Shown: positions 31,065-42,651 of the stretch, in pieces | Numbering within the stretch: position 1 is the stretch's first letter | How the letters are laid out: every line of letters starts with the position of its first letter | Assembly: GCA_963841015.1 (NCBI GenBank) | Contig: CAWJAX010000005.1 | Coordinates: forward strand, 320,001-384,000 | DNA from: an uncultured Methanoregulaceae archaeon | Lineage (GTDB): Archaea; Halobacteriota; Methanomicrobia; Methanomicrobiales; Methanospirillaceae | DNA length: 64,000 nucleotides | Direction of reading: 5' to 3' | The notes under the pieces: model-generated | What the model was told of the DNA's origin: nothing | What the model saw: the letters and a program-made list of their open reading frames with translations, nothing else | Database searches by the model: none | Translations under genes and position numbers: made by a program

Positions 31065-34000
31065 ATGAGAGCGAACGCTGGCATTTTACTAATCATCGGT
31101 TTGCTGTTCCTGATAGGAACCGTTTCGGCGGTTGGGATTCCGGATACCTTGACTGTCACCACCGACAAACCTTGGATCATAGCCAATAATGTGGATCAAT
31201 CCACTATCACGGTAAAAGTAACGAATACAACAGCTCCCTATAACGGGGAGGTACAAGGAGTAATCGTAAACCTTGAAGTTGATCCGTTATATGGAAACAT
31301 AAGTCCCATACAAGTCACCACAAATGTTTCGGGAATGGCTTCAAGCACCTTCAGAGTGAGCACCAAAAGTGGGGCAGCACAAATAAATGCATCTACACCG
31401 GGTGGCGTTTCTGGTTCCACAATGCAGAATATCGATCACAACAGTGCATATTTCGCAGATTTTTCGCATCCGATCAATGGAACCGTTGCATCCGAAGTTC
31501 CTTTCACGGTATCACTCACTGACCAATATCGGAATCCTTTGGATAATCGAAGAGGAGACCATATAATAAATCTCCACGTTCATGGTCCTTTCCCGGATGA
31601 CTGCGGTTTTGCTGAAGCTGGCTATGGACATGATAGTGCCCGTATACTGGACGCCAATGGAAACACCACAGTCAATGTCAAATTAACCTCTAAAATAGGT
31701 GACAACAACATTGCGATGGACGCATATGAGAGTATCCCGAACCAACTCGAATGGATCTCTGCCGAGGCAGTAGGTAAACCATTTTCGATGACTCAGGTTT
31801 ATTCACCTTCGGGATCTCCACCGACACTTCCCGCGGACGGCGTGAGTTATTTCACGATAATTTATAATTTGTTTGATGAATACGGGAATCCAACGAATAA
31901 ACAATTTATCTGGGTAAATACATCCGTCAGCCGGTGAGGAAAGACAGTTCCTGTCAAACAATGTGGGTCAGGTTACGGTGCAATATGGTCCCAGGACTTC
32001 AATTGGTGAGATTAACATCATTGCAACTGCTGTTGGTAATACTTCAGTATACTGTAGTCAATGGGTAAAATTCAAGAACACGGGCGCGGAAATCATTTCC
32101 CTTACGGCAAATCCTGACACTATGCCAAGTCAGGATGCAAATCCCCCCTTTACCTCAAATATTATCGCAACGGTTGCCGACATATCGGGAAATGCGGTTG
32201 AAGGAGAGACCGTAAACTTTATTATTGAAAATATAACCTACGATGCGTCGTATAACGTTTCATCAGATCCCAATCTTACTGCCAGCGCTATAACAGATGT
32301 ATATGGACGGGCCTTGGTCCAATTCAGACCTGGGAGCTTTACAACGGTAGGCAACCCCGGCTACAATGCTACGGCAACCGGGCATTGTATAGTGAATGCA
32401 ACCTGGAGAAATTCCACAAAAAAACTTCCTGTCACCTGGAAGAATTATCCTTACCTGAGTGTGTCAACCTCGGTAAACCCCCTGACCGTTGAGATAAACA
32501 AAACTATTGATGTTACCATCGAATTTAGAGGGGATGGGTGGGCCTTGCAGCCCAGACCTATTGATGTCCTTCTCCTGTTAGATAATTCAGGTTCCATGGG
32601 AACATCAACTGATACTAATTCCGGATTATCCCAATCAAAACGAGCTGCGATAACCTTCATCGATCAAATGGTTCCGGGAAGAGATCGCGTCGGAGTTATT
32701 TTCTATGACAAGAAGACCTACCCCAACTTTTCTGTGTGTGTTCCATTAACCTATGATCTGGACAGCGTGAAAAACACCATATCCGGATATTCAAGAACAG
32801 ACACTAAGGGTTACCATACTAGAACGCGGTATGCTCTTTATCAGGGTATTACGCTGATGAATAATTGGAACGATCGTGGAGCTGTACCGACAATTATTCA
32901 TATGACTGATGGTCAGTGGAGCATGGAAGGGGACCCGCTGGCAAGAGCTGGTGCAATCGGGTTCAATCAATCATTTAGTTCAAGTGAAAATATGGCAGGT
33001 GGATTACATTCAGTATGGGCAGGTAATGTGGTCGGAGTCGTCGACAAATACAGATACTTTGACGATCTTGGTGGCGGAAATTCAACATATGGATCTCGAT
33101 CTTTCCCGAATGGACAACCATATGACTCAGGAACAACCTGGGCTAATGATGTTTATGAAACTACGCAGAATTATCAAACAAAATCATCTTGGTATTTCAC
33201 GAATGCTGAAGACACAAAACAGAATATGTCCGTATATGCCAATGAATCAGGTATTATCGTATATTCTATAGGATTTACACCTAGTGCAAATTATGCTAAT
33301 TTAAGGTTTGTTCTTCAAACAATGTCTGATGCAACGGGAGGATTCTACAAATATGCTCCAACAGAAACAGATCTCAAAAATGTATATCAGGAGATCGCCG
33401 AAGATCTGAAAGATACAGCCGGTGTGAACGCCACCATGACGGCGGATTTCGAGAACGTTAATGTTACCAATTTTGCTATGGATGGTGACCAGGTATTTGA
33501 CTATGTATCCCATCCAACCGATTCGACAAAGATTAATTGGCAGGATGGAGCAACGAATGTCACCGACCAGTCCGCTGATTGGAATGCAGATAATAAATTG
33601 GATTTCAACATCGGAACAATAAAAGTTGGTCAATCCTGGAATGCGACATTCCGGCTGAGAGTCAACCAGAGTGGCTTGATTGATGTATTCGGCAATCACT
33701 CAACGGTGTCCTTCAATGGGGGTACAGAGATCCTAAACCTCCCTCAGACATTCATCACGGTAGTACCCAACCTTTCGGTCACGAATATTACCACGAAAAC
33801 GATAACCCTCCAAAATCTGACGTGTACCGAGACCGGAGAGATCAAGGCTCTCATTCCGGTAATGTGGAACACTAACTATACAGGAAATAATACCCTTACT
33901 GAAAAGGTCTACTATCGCATTGATGATAAAGGACCCTGGGTACAATTCGACATAAAAACACACCCATATGATCCTTTCACTATGGAATATGTTGAATATG

Positions 34001-34146
34001 CACAACTCGATGTAACAAAACTCCCGCCAGGGAGTTACCAGATAATGGTATACGCGATCGCCTCTGACGCAGCTGATACCACTATAATGCTTAGTGATCC
34101 TGTTATTGTTGGCAATCGTGGAAAAACCTTCATCAAACTCCAATAA
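31065..34146 (+). CDS. Large secreted Ig-like (Big_1/invasin-type) plus vWA domain adhesin, about 1025 aa (frameshift near 31928)
   Basis: Sec signal, repeated Ig-like D.YGN/T..NG.A motifs, MIDAS LLLDNSGSMG and MTDG. The two ORFs join as SV-AGEERQFLSNNVGQV if one base is removed. Confidence 0.82.
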
Positions 34147-34863
34147 TTCTTTTTTTGCGTAATCTCCCTTACTAACCCTTCATGAGAAAAGGGAACAATA
34201 AACCATATCAATATCCCTGAAATGGGCAGAATTTTTTTGATAATTGAATATCCTCAAAGGATCTCGGGAAAAAACACGAATAAATCCCTCAAAATTCAGG
34301 TAATAGATCGGTATTGTTTTCGATTTAGGGAGAATTTCGTGTAAATGGTGCGTAAAGAATCACTGGCTCTACCAAGAAGCACAATTCCCGCTTCTCGGAA
34401 TCTTCTACTTTAGATCTCACGTTATTACAGCATTCGAGGTCTCCATATAAGCATTAAAAACACAGAACCGTGAACCCATAAGCGGACGAATCCAGTTTGG
34501 GAGGAAAACAAAAAGGAAAAAGAGGACGCGATAAAGGTCACAGGACCATTGCGTCTGAAATCCATTTCAGGAGGAGTGAAGATCTCAGAGCAGTAGTTTT
34601 TCCAAGGAAAACTGAATCCCTCATGAATGAAACAGTGAAAAATACAGGGGGAGGGCCATTTGTTCAAACTGTGGATTCATTTGTAGATCGGTAAATTTGA
34701 TGGTGTTCTGGTTGCCTTGGTGGAATGATATTACTTTTGACCCGAGTCTCTTTTTTTTAAAAAAAGGCCACGAAAAAAAATTAATCTCACCAAACTTTTG
34801 GACCAGCAATCACCTATTTGCGACTGATCGGGGTAGATTTATAAACCTCATGAAAAAGAGAAA

Positions 34864-35685
34864 TCAGATTGATTTGATTTCAACTTCGAATTTTTTTATG
34901 ATAAGTGTAACCGGACGGGTTGTATCGGTGGGAAGCAGATACTTAATTGATACTCCTGTACCTGGTGGTCCACCGCCTGTCTGCGTCATACCCAAGGTAT
35001 TGATGAAATAGTTGTTCCAGGCAACCGAGTAATCCTGCACCGAATCCGGAGTGTATTCAAGATACAGGAAAGTGTTGATGTCTTCTTGGTAGTTATTGTA
35101 TTCTGGAACCCCCACCAGTGCCATCTGAACGGTTCCGATGCCTTCTTTTGCCATGATATCAGTGCTGGTGATGTTAATGAGATTGATCACCATTGTATTC
35201 GTCTGGGAATCATAGAACCAGCGGGGTTCAGCAATCATCGTAGATCCCTTCTGAACACGTGGGCGCAAAACGACAGCTCCATTCTGAACAGAGATATCTG
35301 TCTGGGCGCTTACCGATTCGTAGCGCAGCTCGCCAGGGGAGAATGAATCCAGAAAGATGGTGCCTGTCCCATTAGTGATTTTTATTGATGACGATGGCGA
35401 TGTATCGCTTGAATTATATACCGACAATGCTCCTCCGCCGATTTTCAGGGACGTCTCTTTGAACGGCACGGTCTTGTACGCCAGGCTTTTGATATCATTC
35501 TGCAATACAATCATGTTCTTTTCCATGATCTTCTCATCAGCACTTACCTGCTGCTGAAGGAGCAAAGGATATCCATAGAGTGTCACAAGACCAATACCTG
35601 CGATCACCATACCGAAGATGAGCATAAACCCTATCGCTTCGGAAACTCCTCTGTCATTCGGTCTTGTAGTATGCTTTGCCATCAA
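34864..35685 (-). CDS. Archaeal type IV pilin-like protein
   Basis: Class III signal DRG|VSEAIGFMLIFG followed by a hydrophobic helix. Confidence 0.8.
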   Translation of the reverse strand: MMAKHTTRPNDRGVSEAIGFMLIFGMVIAGIGLVTLYGYPLLLQQQVSADEKIMEKNMIVLQNDIKSLAYKTVPFKETSLKIGGGALSVYNSSDTSPSSSIKITNGTGTIFLDSFSPGELRYESVSAQTDISVQNGAVVLRPRVQKGSTMIAEPRWFYDSQTNTMVINLINITSTDIMAKEGIGTVQMALVGVPEYNNYQEDINTFLYLEYTPDSVQDYSVAWNNYFINTLGMTQTGGGPPGTGVSIKYLLPTDTTRPVTLIIKKFEVEIKSI

Positions 35686-36152
35686 TCAAATCCCTCTGAA
35701 TCATAGCTAATCCTGTTCATTCCTTTGCCGGTCGTGCTCCCGCTCGCATTGCGGGTAACTCCAATTCCTGATATCGATATATCTGTTGTAATATAACCCC
35801 GGGATATCCTGATATACTGGTCATTCTTTTCATTATTAACCAGATTTGGACGCGTGCCGACTTCAACAGAATAATCCTTACCGGCAATATCGTCAGGAAT
35901 ATCAAAGCGGGTAGTAACCGTTCCGTCTCGTGGTGCAATGCTATAGAGATCAACGACCCGCGTGGAAACACCATTGCCAATATCGGTGAAGGCAACATAA
36001 GCCAACCTGTTAGCGGGATTCTCCATGATGTTCGTGTTTACCAGCAGGAGCATCACCATAAGAAGCCCCATGAGAACTCCGCTAATCATGATATATTCGA
36101 TCATATTTGCTGCTGCAGAATCATTATTTTTACAGGGACGTCCAGTTTTCAT
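35682..36152 (-). CDS. Archaeal type IV pilin-like protein
   Basis: Class III-like signal DSA|AANMIEYIMISG. Confidence 0.75.
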   Translation of the reverse strand: MKTGRPCKNNDSAAANMIEYIMISGVLMGLLMVMLLLVNTNIMENPANRLAYVAFTDIGNGVSTRVVDLYSIAPRDGTVTTRFDIPDDIAGKDYSVEVGTRPNLVNNEKNDQYIRISRGYITTDISISGIGVTRNASGSTTGKGMNRISYDSEGFD

Positions 36153-36486
36153 TGAACTCAGTCACTCCGTTGTTGTAATGAATGTTTATAACGGTATGAT
36201 TATCCTTAATCTCAGGAGGCTTATAATATACAACCGCATTTTTCCTGCTTAGCGCGATCGTGGTGATATCATTTTTTACTACTGTCTGGTTCGAAATCGT
36301 TGTATTGCGAATGATCACTTCCCTGATATCCCGGATATCATTTTTCGGGAATTCGATTACACTTTCCGCGGTGGTTTGTCCAACTACTGTTGACTGGTTG
36401 ATGACCATCGCAAGGAAGAAGAAGCTGAAGCTTACCAAAAATCCCATCAGGATAATCCACTGTGCATCATCATTCAGTCTCGCCAC
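36130..36486 (-). CDS. Small archaeal pilin-like protein
   Basis: Class III-like signal DDA|QWIILMGFLVS. Confidence 0.72.
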   Translation of the reverse strand: MARLNDDAQWIILMGFLVSFSFFFLAMVINQSTVVGQTTAESVIEFPKNDIRDIREVIIRNTTISNQTVVKNDITTIALSRKNAVVYYKPPEIKDNHTVINIHYNNGVTEFNENWTSL

Positions 36487-36972
36487 ATCAGCACCTCCAC
36501 AAGAACGGCACGATCGTGAACCGTTATATCGCCAGGTAGTTGTTTATTCACCACTACCCATTTCGTCGCTCTTACCGCATGTTCTCCTCCGGAAAGGTTA
36601 CGGGAGGAAGTGATGAAAGCACTGCTCACAGAATTATCAGTTGTATTCCGATAGGAATAGCTCAGCTGTATACTGGATATGATCACTATTTTGGGTCTTG
36701 TTGTTGATCAGATACGAAAAATTTGAACCAAATGCCAGATGGTTCCCGTTTTCGATTATATCCTGCATCATACTATGCTCATCTCTGGATACTGGTATGT
36801 CCATCACCTTCAGTGCATCAGTTCCCAGAGCTTCGAGTTGCATATCGTTGATATGGGTATCTCCAGCCGTATAGACTGATGTCGCGTTAACGACCAGATA
36901 CGCTGTTGCGATCATGATCAGGGCTGCTGCGAACCCCTCAATTGTATACAGTTGTCCGTCTGTGTTTTTCAT
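36474..36972 (-). CDS. Archaeal pilin-like protein (frameshift near 36663)
   Basis: Signal TDG|QLYTIEGFAAA; C-terminal VLVEVLMW in the second frame. Confidence 0.72.
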
Positions 36973-37017
36973 TTCAGTACGGCTCCCCAACACGGTTGGA
37001 ATAGATCGGGTTTCATA

Positions 37018-39525
37018 TTAATCCGGCACTCCCATTACTAGAACGTTGTCAACAAAACCATAGTCCCCGGTTCCACTTCCCACAATACTGAATCGCAGCT
37101 GGAAGTTGGCATTGTGGTCGGCACCTGCGGGGAGCGAATAACTGAAAGGATTCAATGCGTTATTCTCTGCCGGATCGCCATCATTAATTTGTTTCAGAAC
37201 AGTCCAAGTCGTTCCGTTATACCATTCCGCGGCAACATACTCTCCTGCATCAATGCTATTACCCCCCATGGCAAATGAAACCGTGATACCCGAATAACCT
37301 GAAGTTGAGATAGTTCTGTATATTGATTCAGCAGGTGCTCCCCCCAACATCTGAACACTATGGGTTCCAATTTTTGGAACCCCTATGTACCAGTCTATAG
37401 TTCCTGTTTCTGTCCAGCCATTAGCACTCGGGCGAACAGGCTCGAAGCCATCAGAGAATAGAGAGACGGGTGCATTCGCTGCAAACGTTGCCGACATCGT
37501 GTGATCTGCGTGCACGCTCGCGAATGTATAGGTCGGGACCGCTCCGACCGATCCTCCGTCCACAAGAACATCTGCAATATGATAGCCGACATTTGGCGTA
37601 ATATTAAATGTCGGGGTGTCTCCATCATTTGCATTCACGGCACCTGATGGAGAGATTGCGCCATTGGGTCCTCCGGATGCAGTAATCGTATATGCATTAA
37701 TCGCAAACGTTCCAGCAATCGTATAATTTGCCGTCACTGCCGGGAAGGTGTAGGTAGTCGGTGTTGTGGGGGGCATGGGATTCCCGTCTACTAACACGGT
37801 ATCGAGATGATAACCGGCGCTTGGCGTGAACGTAAATGTCGGGGTGTCGCCATAGTTTACCGTTTGTGGTGTATTGGGAGTTATCGCTCCATCAACTAAT
37901 GGTGTGGTTGGGGTTATGACATACGTATATATTGCAAACGATGCGTTGATCGTATGATTCGCCATGACATTGCTGAATGTATAGCTTGAAATGGTTCCGT
38001 TCGACACACCATCAACAAAAACATCGGTAATATAGTGTCCGGCATCCGGAGTAATCGCGAAGGGCTGGCTGGCTCCATAGTTTACACTCACATTACCGGT
38101 TGGTGTGATTGCCCCTCCGGCCCCTGCGGATGCGTTTACATTAAACGTATCGATTGCAAATGATGCTGCAATCGTGTGATCCTGCGTCACATTGCTGAAT
38201 GTATAGCTGGAAATGGTTCCATTCGACACACCATCAACGACAACATCGGTGATATGGTAACCGATATTATTGGCGATCGTAAATGGCTGGTTAGCTCCAT
38301 CGCTCACAATAACAGAACCAATCGGGGAGATTGTTCCGCCACTACCGGCAGATGCATAGATTGTGTGTGTACCGTTTATTGGGGTTGGCCCTCCTCCACC
38401 GTACGACGTTACTGCACCTGACCATACAGCCACTTCTACAACAGCATCGCGGAGATGTGGCTGCGTGACATTTGCCGGGTTATAATCATAATAAAATGGG
38501 GTGGTATTCGGATTATTGAAGGTTAATTGTCCGTCTAAGGTATTAAAATCCGGCAGAGCTTGCGTATTATTTAAAAATGTACTTTCCGGGCTTACGGTAA
38601 ACCCGAGAGCTATGTAAATTCTGGAGCTCTGTGCTTTCAACCGGTCGAAGAACTGCGGACTGAATCGTAGCGTAATATTGTCCGTGACAGGTGCGGGCAT
38701 TACTGTTACCCGAGAACTACTACCGTCAATATAGGGATAATCAGTTGCTGGCAGGGGCACACTGGAATAAATCCCTCCATCCTGCTTAAACACCCTGATG
38801 TTACTTAAGGTAACCGTACTCGTTGTATTGTTTATAACGGGGGGGTAATTTGTGATGGTTGACCTTAGATCAGTGATGTTAATCGTAATCTGTTCCCGTG
38901 CCGGATCGATCTGGTAAGCAGGGTCGGCAACCTCCCCCAGGAGTTTGGGATTGTCGATCAGAATCGAAAAGACATGCGTTGTTGCATTATCGGCTTTGGT
39001 AAAACCATGATTCTGGATATATGACTGGTTAATCGTGGCGTTACTTGTTCCTTTTATCTTTACGGCACGCCTGATATACCCGTAACCATCCGGTAAAACA
39101 TCCCCAACTGTCCTATTCTGCCCCCCAAGGTCAATGAGGGATATATTAAACCCGTACGGGTAATCGCCAAATATTACACGGGTGCGGTAGTCATTGGGAT
39201 AGATAAATGCTGTAGAGCAAAAAAACCGGTTCACTTTATCCTCGGAGAGGATATTGGGGGTATCTTTTGATATAGCAAGACCGAACCGCGTCACGTTAGA
39301 CTTTTGCTGATCGATATAGGATTCCCATGGTGGAGAAACCGGCCATCCCGGGTCCTCCACAAGAATCACACCAGTCCGGTAAGCTACTGCATCATAATCA
39401 ATGGTATAAGATTGCAACCCGATCATCAGACCCGGGATCATCGATACTACCCAGATAAACGCGAGCATGAAAATTGTGAAGCCCGCAAGAAAATCGATAG
39501 ATAGATTTCCGTTTTCGTCAGTCAT
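37018..39525 (-). CDS. Pilin-like protein with C-terminal extension of four divergent InlB B-repeat-like domains and a beta-sandwich domain
   Basis: Signal ENG|NLSIDFLAGF, GVILVEDPGWP, core ending VVEVAVW, GGGG linker, four ~74-aa repeats, then a DGFE...DNV domain. Confidence 0.82.
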   Translation of the reverse strand: MTDENGNLSIDFLAGFTIFMLAFIWVVSMIPGLMIGLQSYTIDYDAVAYRTGVILVEDPGWPVSPPWESYIDQQKSNVTRFGLAISKDTPNILSEDKVNRFFCSTAFIYPNDYRTRVIFGDYPYGFNISLIDLGGQNRTVGDVLPDGYGYIRRAVKIKGTSNATINQSYIQNHGFTKADNATTHVFSILIDNPKLLGEVADPAYQIDPAREQITINITDLRSTITNYPPVINNTTSTVTLSNIRVFKQDGGIYSSVPLPATDYPYIDGSSSRVTVMPAPVTDNITLRFSPQFFDRLKAQSSRIYIALGFTVSPESTFLNNTQALPDFNTLDGQLTFNNPNTTPFYYDYNPANVTQPHLRDAVVEVAVWSGAVTSYGGGGPTPINGTHTIYASAGSGGTISPIGSVIVSDGANQPFTIANNIGYHITDVVVDGVSNGTISSYTFSNVTQDHTIAASFAIDTFNVNASAGAGGAITPTGNVSVNYGASQPFAITPDAGHYITDVFVDGVSNGTISSYTFSNVMANHTINASFAIYTYVITPTTPLVDGAITPNTPQTVNYGDTPTFTFTPSAGYHLDTVLVDGNPMPPTTPTTYTFPAVTANYTIAGTFAINAYTITASGGPNGAISPSGAVNANDGDTPTFNITPNVGYHIADVLVDGGSVGAVPTYTFASVHADHTMSATFAANAPVSLFSDGFEPVRPSANGWTETGTIDWYIGVPKIGTHSVQMLGGAPAESIYRTISTSGYSGITVSFAMGGNSIDAGEYVAAEWYNGTTWTVLKQINDGDPAENNALNPFSYSLPAGADHNANFQLRFSIVGSGTGDYGFVDNVLVMGVPD
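37474..38371 (-). repeat. Four tandem ~222-bp coding repeats
   Basis: Consensus T.T.SAG.GG.I.P.G.V.V..G....F.ITP..GY.I.DV.VDG...G....YTF.NV...HTI.A.F. Units 1 and 2 share a near-identical ~65-bp DNA stretch (about 37968-38033 vs 38190-38255). Confidence 0.9.
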
Positions 39526-39527
39526 CG

Positions 39528-40103
39528 TTAAGTAATCAACGCCCCTGTGGTTGCATTGAACGTAATTATTCTGCCTGCATTGCCGGAAGTAATGGTGATT
39601 TTATAAATTCCTCGTTGCAATTCAATATCCCGCTGTTCAGGAATTGCAAGGGATGGATTACCTGCCAGTACTGCTTTGTTCTGGCTGAACAAACGCCCTG
39701 GAGATACGATTTTATCAAGAACTATCTCTTCTGAAGGGAGTGTTGCATTCGCTATGGTTGTCCACCCTGTTCTGTCGTATACCAAAAATTCTGTCTCATT
39801 TCCATTGTATATCCCAAAGGTCCAACCAGTGGCATTTCCAGATCCATCCACATCCCTGGAACGTATATAATACACCTTTTTTCCATTAACTGGCTCATTT
39901 AAATTATTTATTTGATATTCAACCAGCTTTTCTTTTGCTTCTTCAAAACTTATGGGTGAGGTGTCTGCCTGCATATCGATCTGGGAAAGACCGGTATTTT
40001 GCCGAGAGGTCTCGTTGGAGGGGGGTGTCGAAACGCATGCACTGCAGAGAGTAACGACGACCAGTGCTAATATGGCGAAAATCATGGGGATAGATTTGTG
40101 CAT
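39528..40103 (-). CDS. Hypothetical lipoprotein at the head of the pilin-like operon
   Basis: LCSAC lipobox; PepSY-like C-terminal FNATTG; 2-bp gap to the next gene. Confidence 0.7.
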   Translation of the reverse strand: MHKSIPMIFAILALVVVTLCSACVSTPPSNETSRQNTGLSQIDMQADTSPISFEEAKEKLVEYQINNLNEPVNGKKVYYIRSRDVDGSGNATGWTFGIYNGNETEFLVYDRTGWTTIANATLPSEEIVLDKIVSPGRLFSQNKAVLAGNPSLAIPEQRDIELQRGIYKITITSGNAGRIITFNATTGALIT

Positions 40104-40305
40104 ATTCTTTCTTAAAGGCTTATTTAGATAACAACAGATATAAATATTGGTATTCATTTTTGTCCATTACCTGTTCCGGATGATTGCGATACATTGTCAT
40201 TGTTCCGATACAGATGCAAATCTGCCAGCAATAATAACCGGATTATTTGTGTACTTACTCACTGGAATAGAAGAACAGAATATAAAAGATTTTTAATTTT
40301 CCCGT

Positions 40306-41178
40306 TCACGGCACGATTTTTGTTATCGGAATCTCAAGGATGTCTTCTGCACCGCACGCCTTGAGTCTGGGGATCAGCTGGTTAACAGCATTCTTGGGAA
40401 CAACCGTCTGAATACTATAGTAATCAATCTCATGGAGCCTGCTTACTGTTGGCGTTTTCATCGCCGGGAGTGCAGCAACTATCTTTTCCATGGATACAGA
40501 CGGAACATTCATTGTAAGGAGCACTTTGTTCCGCGCTTCGATTACACCGAACAGCAGTGTCTTAATCTCCTCAATTTCCCTCTGTTTCTGCGGATCTGCC
40601 CAACTCGATTTATTGGCGATGATAACCGTATAGGACTCCATAATCTGTCCGATAATTTTGAGTCCGTTCTTGCGCAGCGTTGTACCCGTTTCCGTGAGAT
40701 CAACCACAACATCCATGAGATCCGGCACTTTCGCTTCGGATGCGCCATACGAATGGAAGAGCTGCACCGGGATTCCCAATCGTGCAAAATAATTCTTCGT
40801 CAGTTGTGGGTATTCGGTCGTTACCCTGCTTCCCGGACGGATACAGGTGACGTCATCAATTGGTTCATCGCGGTGTACCGCTACAACTATCTTTACGTTC
40901 CCCTCCCCGGTCTTGCTGTACGAGAGATTTGCTACCTCAACGACTTCGGATCCTGTTTCGTTTACCCAGTCCAGACCGGAAATACCGAGATCAAAATATC
41001 CCTTCTCCACATAGGTGGGGATTTCCTGGGGGCGCAGGATCTTCACTTTGCCGATTCGGTCATCGACAATGCGGGGATTATAATCGCGGTCGGTACGTTT
41101 GACTTCAAGGTCAGCCTCTTTGAAGAGCTGCAGTGTCTGCGCTTCAAGACTCCCCTTGGGCAGTGCAATAGTAATCAT
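40306..41178 (-). CDS. hisG: ATP phosphoribosyltransferase (long form)
   Basis: IALPKGSL, LRPQEIP, DLGISG.D, GASE, DLTETGTTL. Confidence 0.95.
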   Translation of the reverse strand: MITIALPKGSLEAQTLQLFKEADLEVKRTDRDYNPRIVDDRIGKVKILRPQEIPTYVEKGYFDLGISGLDWVNETGSEVVEVANLSYSKTGEGNVKIVVAVHRDEPIDDVTCIRPGSRVTTEYPQLTKNYFARLGIPVQLFHSYGASEAKVPDLMDVVVDLTETGTTLRKNGLKIIGQIMESYTVIIANKSSWADPQKQREIEEIKTLLFGVIEARNKVLLTMNVPSVSMEKIVAALPAMKTPTVSRLHEIDYYSIQTVVPKNAVNQLIPRLKACGAEDILEIPITKIVP

Positions 41179-41228
41179 ACGATATACAATCACCTCAAAA
41201 AACGATAAAGGGTAAGGGTAAGTTCTGT

Positions 41229-42495
41229 TTATTCAAATGTATGGACTATAAGACCACTCAGCAGTTTTGGCTCAAACCATGTTGATTTTGGTGGCATCAC
41301 CCCATTTGCATCAGCGATAGAAAGCACAGTATCGACCCTGACTGGCTGCATGGCAAACGCTACCCGGTATTTACCGCAGTCCACAAGGTTTTCAAGATCC
41401 GAAACCGGACGGGCCCCGCCGAGATACTGCAAACGTGCATCTCCCCGGGGATCAGTTATGCCAAACATAGTTTCAAACACCTCTTTCTGAAGTATAGCAA
41501 CATCAAGAGTATCGAGCGGCGAGGCATTGATGTCGACCGGACGGGTGCACTCGTACCAGCGCCCCGAAAGATACAGGTGGAATACATGGAATTTTTCCGG
41601 ATGGATGATACCTGGAGTGATGTTGTACTCGCTCCTGTTAACCGGACCATATATTCTGACATCAAAACAGTCTCTGAGCCGTTTCATGAAACTCTCTGGA
41701 GTAAAGGTACCCAGATCCGTAAGCAGCCGGCTGATAGCCATGAATCTTTACCCGGTCATGAGCAAACATGACTCCCATGAACCGTGTAACTTCACCTTTT
41801 ACTGGTTTTCCGGCAGCAATGCGCCGATCCACAACGTTCAGTGCAGCTTTTGCCCGGTGGTGTCCATCAGCGATATAGAGCGCAGCAACTGAGGAAAAGT
41901 GAGTTTCAAGCCGGGCAAGATCTTTCTTGTCGGTGATCCGGAATATCTGATGAGTGATCCCTGTATCTAAGGTAACTTCTGCATCGGGTTCCTGCGACAG
42001 TGGAACAAGCGATTCAATGAAGGAAAAAATCCCATCAGTATTATGGTACAGCAGAACAACCGGGCCGTTATGTGCCTTGACTGCTTCAATGTGCCGGGTC
42101 CGGTCCTCCTCTTTGTCGTATCTGGTCTGCTCATGCCGTCGAATGTAGTTTTTCCGGTAGTCGTCAACATCAAGACAACAACAGAGCCCGAGAAATATTT
42201 CGCCTTCCTGTGACACCCTGTAAAGGTACATACCTGGTTTCGGGTCCTGTTTCATGCGTCCGGTTGATTCGAGTGCGATGAAATTTTCATGTGCCCGTTG
42301 GTATACACGGTCATCATCAGGTGCTAGCTCGGGTAATTCCGCGTCTGAACGACTCACGCGTAAAAATGTTCCGGGATTTTTAGCAGTGATTGCCCGTACC
42401 TCCTCGGCGGTCACAACATCGTATGGAACAGCCGCGATTACCGATGCAACCGAAGGATTGGGGCGCATTCCTGCAAAACGATAGATTCTGACCAT
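41229..42495 (-). CDS. DUF1015 family protein (frameshift near 41733)
   Basis: PYDVV, RRHEQT, LYIADGHHR, MPPKSTWFEPKL.SGL. Confidence 0.9.
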
Positions 42496-42651
42496 GCATT
42501 CCACCTGCCCATTGAGCGAGAAATAACCTGTCCACATTGTTGGGTGTGCTACCATATAATTTCCCGCACCCTTCTGTAGAACAAACCTTATGTTTTTACA
42601 AGAGCTCAGTGATGATCCTACTAAGTCTGATGGGCACAGGAGTTCAGTCTG

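Noticed and set aside
37474-38371. Repeats as a CRISPR array or DGR template/variable pair
   Set aside because: They are in-frame protein domain repeats with no spacers, and no cas or reverse transcriptase gene is present.
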